Below are positions 58,861 through 64,000 of a stretch of DNA of 64,000 bases, piece by piece (the stretch's first letter is position 1; the number at the start of each line of letters is the position of its first letter). Source of the DNA: an uncultured Mucilaginibacter sp. (GTDB taxonomy: Bacteria > Bacteroidota > Bacteroidia > Sphingobacteriales > Sphingobacteriaceae). The translations under genes were made by a program, and so were the position numbers. The notes beneath the pieces were generated by a model, which saw only the letters and a list, made by a program, of their open reading frames with translations, searched no databases and was not told where the DNA came from. The stretch covers positions 2,655,582-2,719,581 of the forward strand of contig OY730227.1 in NCBI GenBank assembly GCA_963422535.1, given 5' to 3'.

Positions 58861-61218
58861 ATGAGTGTTAATAATAAAAACAATCAAATAACAACTTTTA
58901 CTTTACCAGTAGCGCAAACTCAATCAACAGATTTTGCAAAACGTATAAAACATTATCTTTTTTATTGGCCGTGGTTTATTCTATCACTGGCACTATTTGG
59001 TGCAGGAGCTTATTTTCTTATTAAAAATGCGACACCCATCTACCCAATTACTGCATCTCTCGAATTTAAAAACTCAAAAGGTGTTACAAATTATAGCTCC
59101 GAAAAGAAAAGCTTACAAGAGCTTGACCAGATAAGTACCCCTATCGTTTTTCAAAACGAAATAGAGGTAATACGGTCGAAAAAAATCATGTTGCAAGTAG
59201 TGAATAGCCTCAAACTTTGGGTGAGCTACTCAAAAAAGGATGGAATGAGTACTCGTGACTTGTACAATGCAAGTCCATTAAATTTTCAATTCATCAATAC
59301 GCCCGCTTGGATTGATAGTAAAGGAATATTATTAGCTATCATTATAAAAGATAGTGATAGCTTTATTGTAAAAGATAAGGATGATAAACAAACCTTATTC
59401 AAATATGGGCAATACATAAAAAGTGATTTTGGACTTTGGAAGCTAGATAAAACAGCTTTAATCAATAATTATTTAGGAGCTAATATTCAAATTAAGGTGG
59501 GTAATCCCTCATTAATTGCAGATGGGTATGTAGCAGGTATAAAAACCAATTTTGAAGATAAAGAAGTACCATTCGTAACCGTAACCTTCTCAGATATCGT
59601 ACCTAAACGTGGCGTAGATATTTTAAACCAGGTTATCAAAACATATATTCAAAGCGGTGTTGATGAAAAGAATAAAAAAACACAAGCTACCATTGCTTTC
59701 TTGACTAAACGCATAGATTCTATTGGTAAAGATTTACACGCCAATGAATCGCAAATTGAAAACTATGAAGTAAAACAAGGGTTGACAGACATTGCATCGC
59801 AATCACAATCGTATGTGCAAGATAAGCAGGCCAATACACGTTCATTAAATGATATTAATATACAGATTAGAATAATTAACAATATCGAAAGATATATTAA
59901 TTCGGCTCAAGATATTGATAAACAGCCATCAACGCAAGGATTGCAAGACCAAGGATTGAATTACTTGATGGAGAAATTATCAGAATTGCAACTACAAAAG
60001 CAAAATTTACTGGCTACCAATCCTAAAGACAATCCAGTATTTGGCCCACTTAACAATCAGATTAAAAATATTCAGGAAAAAATAAGAGAAAAGATACGTA
60101 CAAATAAGGAAACATTACTATTGACCAAAAATCAGTTAGAATCTTATGGTTCAAAATCGGAAGGTCAAATACGAAATGTGCCTACTCAGGCTACACGCTA
60201 TGCCGGTATGAAACGCGATAAAGATGTAGAAGAGCGTTTATATACCATTTTGTTAGACCAAAGAGAGCAATTGTCATTAAACATAGCTTCAACTGTTTCT
60301 GATGCGCAGGTTGTAGATGATGCACGTGCGGGAGCCGCAACATGGCCCAAGCCAGTACTGTTTTATATGTTTGCCGTAGCATTGGGTCTGTTAGTACCTG
60401 TAGGAGTTATTTATGGGGTGGATAGCCTTGATTTTAATAAAATTACCAATCCTAAGCAAATTGAAGATGCCTTAGGACTACCAATTTTAGGCGAGCTTTC
60501 GTTTCAAAAATCAACTTCGCCATTGGTTATCACTCAAGGTAAAGAAAACAATGCCATAGGCGAGCAATTCAGGCTATTACGCACCAATTTGAGTTATTTA
60601 TACAACAACATCGAAGGCAGAGATAATACAAAAGGCAGAGTTACTTTGTTTACATCGAGCACAGCGGGCGAAGGTAAAAGTTTTGTAAGCTCCAATTTGG
60701 CGATGACATTGGCTTACTCTACCAAAAAAACCATCATACTCGAGATGGATTTACGCAAGCCAAAAGTAGTATCTATGTTTAACCTATCGGCAGAACATTT
60801 AGGGGTAAGCAACTATTTGAGTGGCGAAAACGTAAGGATAGAAGATTTGATACAACATACGGATGTAGCGGGGTTAGATATTATCAATTGTGGTACTATT
60901 GATATAAATCCATCGGAATTATTAGAGCGCGAACAACTTGGCGAATTAATAGCACGGCTACGTACCATGTATAACCACATTATTATTGATACGCCGCCAG
61001 TGCATTTAGTTACCGATGCTTTAATTATTGCGCAGCACGTAGATGTATCGTTATATGTAATTCGTCAAGGCTATACACAAAAAGACGAGCTCGATTTTAT
61101 CAAGGTTACTAACCTTGCCGAGCGATTGCCACAACTCAATATCGTATTTAATGGCATCAAGCGTGTTAAATATGGCTACGGGTATAATTACGATACGGGA
61201 TACTATGTTAATAAGTAA
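58861..61218 (+). CDS. wzc: Chain-length regulator / BY-kinase
   Basis: Two TM segments, EQFRLLRTNL, Walker A GEGKS, DLRKP, DTPP and a C-terminal Tyr cluster (YGYGYNYDTGYY). Confidence 0.93.
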   Translation: MSVNNKNNQITTFTLPVAQTQSTDFAKRIKHYLFYWPWFILSLALFGAGAYFLIKNATPIYPITASLEFKNSKGVTNYSSEKKSLQELDQISTPIVFQNEIEVIRSKKIMLQVVNSLKLWVSYSKKDGMSTRDLYNASPLNFQFINTPAWIDSKGILLAIIIKDSDSFIVKDKDDKQTLFKYGQYIKSDFGLWKLDKTALINNYLGANIQIKVGNPSLIADGYVAGIKTNFEDKEVPFVTVTFSDIVPKRGVDILNQVIKTYIQSGVDEKNKKTQATIAFLTKRIDSIGKDLHANESQIENYEVKQGLTDIASQSQSYVQDKQANTRSLNDINIQIRIINNIERYINSAQDIDKQPSTQGLQDQGLNYLMEKLSELQLQKQNLLATNPKDNPVFGPLNNQIKNIQEKIREKIRTNKETLLLTKNQLESYGSKSEGQIRNVPTQATRYAGMKRDKDVEERLYTILLDQREQLSLNIASTVSDAQVVDDARAGAATWPKPVLFYMFAVALGLLVPVGVIYGVDSLDFNKITNPKQIEDALGLPILGELSFQKSTSPLVITQGKENNAIGEQFRLLRTNLSYLYNNIEGRDNTKGRVTLFTSSTAGEGKSFVSSNLAMTLAYSTKKTIILEMDLRKPKVVSMFNLSAEHLGVSNYLSGENVRIEDLIQHTDVAGLDIINCGTIDINPSELLEREQLGELIARLRTMYNHIIIDTPPVHLVTDALIIAQHVDVSLYVIRQGYTQKDELDFIKVTNLAERLPQLNIVFNGIKRVKYGYGYNYDTGYYVNK

Positions 61219-61388
61219 TACCCCTATTTGGTAACTAAGTTGTAAAATAAGATAATAAGGTATTTATCTATTCTTCATAGGTTATAATCACTTTTGAGAA
61301 TACATAAACAATACCTTAATATCAATTTAAGCTGGATAACCAGCACTTGAAAGAAAAGGATTTTAAAGCTTTAGGGATACATCTATCA

Positions 61389-62810
61389 ATGTCTATATTA
61401 AAAAAACTAGCTAATAATATTGTAGTAAAAAATGCCTCATATGTTACTATTGGCGGTATTTTAGCACAGTTAATCAACCTAATTGCATTAATAAAAATTG
61501 CTAAAATTTTCAGCCCAAGTTATTATGGTGTTTATACATTTTTAGGTGTTCAAGAACAACTATTGGTTACACTAGCCGATTTGGGCATACGAAATATAAT
61601 TATACGCACCATTGCCAGAAATAAAATGGCTACCAATGATATTTTGGTGAATGGCATATTGCTACGTATGGGGTCAACCCTCATCGTTGCCGCTATATAC
61701 TACATCTACAACCTTTATGCAGGTAGTTTATCAAATGTGTATGTTGCCCTAATTTGCATTTATGTGTTTTTTAACTGTATATCCAATTTGTTAGAATCCA
61801 TTTTTTGGGGTCATCAAAAGATGTTACCAACAGCATTGGTTAATGTATCTACAAGTATTATTTGGCTCACTACAGTTTATTTTTTACCCTTAAAAAGCTT
61901 TACCGTTCAAAATATATTTATCATCCTGTTTTGTATCAATGTGGTATTAGCAGGCTCGATATATTTTATTGTGTTAAAAGTGCAAAAACTGTTGATGGGT
62001 AAAATTCAACCCTTCCTCAAATCATCTACCGCGCTATTGAAAGAAAGCTGGCCATATTTTATGCTGATATTAATTAGCATACCTTTCGGTTATCTTACCA
62101 ACAATTATTTGGATATCAACTCTACAAAAACTGAGATAGGCTATTTCAACCTTACCCAAAAACTGATAAGCCCCGTATCAATGGTTATAGGGTTTACGCT
62201 GTCGGCATTATTCCCAAATCTTTCCAGTCTTTGGGTAAATGATGAGGGCAAGTTTAAACGCCTATTGGTAAAAGGCATTCGCTCTTTTATGCTGGTAGCC
62301 TTGTTATGCTGCTTTATGTTTACCTTGTTTATTGATGAGGCAGTGCATCTCATACTACCCAAATACGCACCAGTGGTAAAAGTAACCCAATTGCAAATTT
62401 GGTATGTGTTTTTGATGGGAACAAACAGTTTGATAGGCACAATTTGGGGAGCTACAAACAACGAGAAGAAGTTTATCAAAAGTACATTTATAAATGTTTG
62501 TATATCGGCACCAATATTATTTTTTGGTAGCAAATATGGCGCAATAGGGCTATCATACGCCTATGTAATATCATTTGCTTTATTTGAGGTGTACCTTTGG
62601 AACGATTTCAAAAAATCAATCAAAATTACTATCCCTCAAGATAAACTATTGTGGTTGATAGCCATATTTTTATTCGTAGTTTCTTATTATTTATTAGATA
62701 AGGTGGGGTTAATATTAAAAATCAGCATATCGGGTTTAATCATCTCTACTATATCATATTATATCTATAAAATTTCGAGAAAGCAGCCTGTAGTAGAAGA
62801 GGTGAAGTAA
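61389..62810 (+). CDS. wzx: Oligosaccharide flippase
   Basis: Many TM segments; VKNASYV, YGVY, DLGI and EIGYFN. Likely ATG is 61389. Confidence 0.85.
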   Translation: MSILKKLANNIVVKNASYVTIGGILAQLINLIALIKIAKIFSPSYYGVYTFLGVQEQLLVTLADLGIRNIIIRTIARNKMATNDILVNGILLRMGSTLIVAAIYYIYNLYAGSLSNVYVALICIYVFFNCISNLLESIFWGHQKMLPTALVNVSTSIIWLTTVYFLPLKSFTVQNIFIILFCINVVLAGSIYFIVLKVQKLLMGKIQPFLKSSTALLKESWPYFMLILISIPFGYLTNNYLDINSTKTEIGYFNLTQKLISPVSMVIGFTLSALFPNLSSLWVNDEGKFKRLLVKGIRSFMLVALLCCFMFTLFIDEAVHLILPKYAPVVKVTQLQIWYVFLMGTNSLIGTIWGATNNEKKFIKSTFINVCISAPILFFGSKYGAIGLSYAYVISFALFEVYLWNDFKKSIKITIPQDKLLWLIAIFLFVVSYYLLDKVGLILKISISGLIISTISYYIYKISRKQPVVEEVK

Positions 62811-62852
62811 AATTGTTAAATCTGTTTAAAATAATATCAATCATAGTTTAAA

Positions 62853-63803
62853 ATGCTTTTTACAATTGCCATACCAGCTTATAAAAGCAAGTTTTTGAAA
62901 GAGTGTATTGATAGCATCTTGGCTCAAACATACACCCACTTTGAGTTGATTATTGTAAACGATTGCTCGCCCGAACCAGTTGATAGCATTGTTAGCCAGT
63001 TTACCGATACCCGAATTAGCTATTATAAAAATGAAGTAAACCTCGGTGCCGAAAACTTGGTTAAAAACTGGAACAATGCGCTAGCAAAAGCATCAGGCGA
63101 GTTTTTTATGATGATGGGCGATGATGATAGATTAGAGCCTAATTACTTAGAAGAATTTGTGAGCCTGATTAAGAAGTACGATACATTAGATGTTTTTCAT
63201 TGTCGTTCTAAAATTATCGATGAGCATTCCGATTTTATCCAACTAACCCCCTCTTGGCCCGAATATGAGTCGGTTTATGATAGCATCTGGCATCGCATAA
63301 ACAACTATCGACTGCAGTACATTTCAGATTTTGTTTACCGCACCGAGGTGTTGAAACGCAATGGCGGCTTTTTTGATATTCCGCTAGCTTGGGCTTCCGA
63401 TGATATAACGGCCTATATAGCAAGCATCGGAAAAGGCATAGCACATACCAATAATCCAGTTTTCAATTATCGTCAAACACGTTATACCATCACCTCATCG
63501 GGCAATAGCGAATTGAAGATGAAAGCTATTTTGATAGAACATAATTGGTTCAAAACTTTCTTAAAATCAAAACCAACTCACCCCAATGATTTGATAGTTT
63601 ATACTAATTTATGCGAGCAGGTTGATGGGTATATCAACGTGAAGAAATTAGCAACGCTAACTGCATCATTAAAAGGAAAGCTTTTTTCGGGTGCAATGAG
63701 TTGGTATAAAAATAGGGAGAAATATCACTTATCTACTTCAACTATCGTAAAAGCTGTTTTGAAGCGGTTAAAACTGATTATTAGAAATAAAGATAATAGA
63801 TAA
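62853..63803 (+). CDS. GT2 (GT-A) glycosyltransferase
   Basis: IAIPAYK, SILAQTY..FELIIVNDCS and GDDD. Confidence 0.9.
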   Translation: MLFTIAIPAYKSKFLKECIDSILAQTYTHFELIIVNDCSPEPVDSIVSQFTDTRISYYKNEVNLGAENLVKNWNNALAKASGEFFMMMGDDDRLEPNYLEEFVSLIKKYDTLDVFHCRSKIIDEHSDFIQLTPSWPEYESVYDSIWHRINNYRLQYISDFVYRTEVLKRNGGFFDIPLAWASDDITAYIASIGKGIAHTNNPVFNYRQTRYTITSSGNSELKMKAILIEHNWFKTFLKSKPTHPNDLIVYTNLCEQVDGYINVKKLATLTASLKGKLFSGAMSWYKNREKYHLSTSTIVKAVLKRLKLIIRNKDNR

Positions 63804-63816
63804 GAGAGTAGATAAT

Positions 63817-64000
63817 ATGGAGCAAAACGCAATATACCCAAATCAAAAACGATGGCATTTCTATTATATCTTGCTGATTGCCTTTGCGTCTTTTGGTTTT
63901 TTTAAGCCAACCATATTAGAAAAAACAGTTGTTGAGCATTTTCGTAATTTTTATTTCGACGTTCTTTTGCTCTTGTTTTTGATAGCATTGCCAACTATTT
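63817..64000 (+). CDS. 5' part of a membrane protein, possibly the Wzy polymerase (runs off the window)
   Basis: Open frame MEQNAIYPNQKRWHFYYILLIAFASFGFF...; hydrophobic; follows the GT2 gene in a Wzx locus. Confidence 0.45.
   Translation, partial: MEQNAIYPNQKRWHFYYILLIAFASFGFFKPTILEKTVVEHFRNFYFDVLLLLFLIALPTI

Noticed and set aside
1-64000. tRNA, rRNA, CRISPR arrays, transposases and integrases
   Set aside because: No cloverleaf or T-loop signatures, regularly spaced repeats, DDE motifs or tyrosine-recombinase motifs were recognised. A tRNAscan/Infernal run would be needed to exclude small RNAs.

Overview
This window is chromosome from a Bacteroidota bacterium, probably Sphingobacteriaceae-like. 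That assignment is inferred from TAnnTTTG -7 promoter boxes, signal peptides that expose Gln after cleavage, and the gene content. Most of the window is housekeeping: pyrC, mpl-like ligase, smpB, mntR-mntH, ung, lysS, acyl-CoA ligase, iscS-iscU-iscA, mce, tyrS, polyprenyl synthase, rnr, aroB and proline dehydrogenase. It ends in the start of a Wzx/Wzy capsule or EPS locus (wza, wzc, wzx, GT2, partial polymerase-like gene). Four accessory features stand out. (1) A stand-alone, AT-rich gene fuses a cyclodeaminase/cyclohydrolase (FTCD_C-like) domain to an ImmA/IrrE zinc protease (1066-2475). (2) A ~5.3 kb integrase-less copper cassette is bracketed by a degenerate ~42-bp duplication of the exact 3' end of cutC (2555-2597 vs 7903-7946) and contains a chimeric deletion scar. 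(3) A receiver-HEAT-GT2-LtaS-like operon (14029-19059), with a TPR/YaiO-barrel pair 21 kb away (40063-42489), looks like an uncharacterised synthase-dependent polysaccharide system. (4) A WYL regulator has a palindromic box before SRPBCC/GyrI genes, and there is a RES-Xre toxin-antitoxin pair. No rRNA, tRNA, CRISPR array, integrase or transposase was recognised. All family calls come from motif recognition by eye, not database searches.
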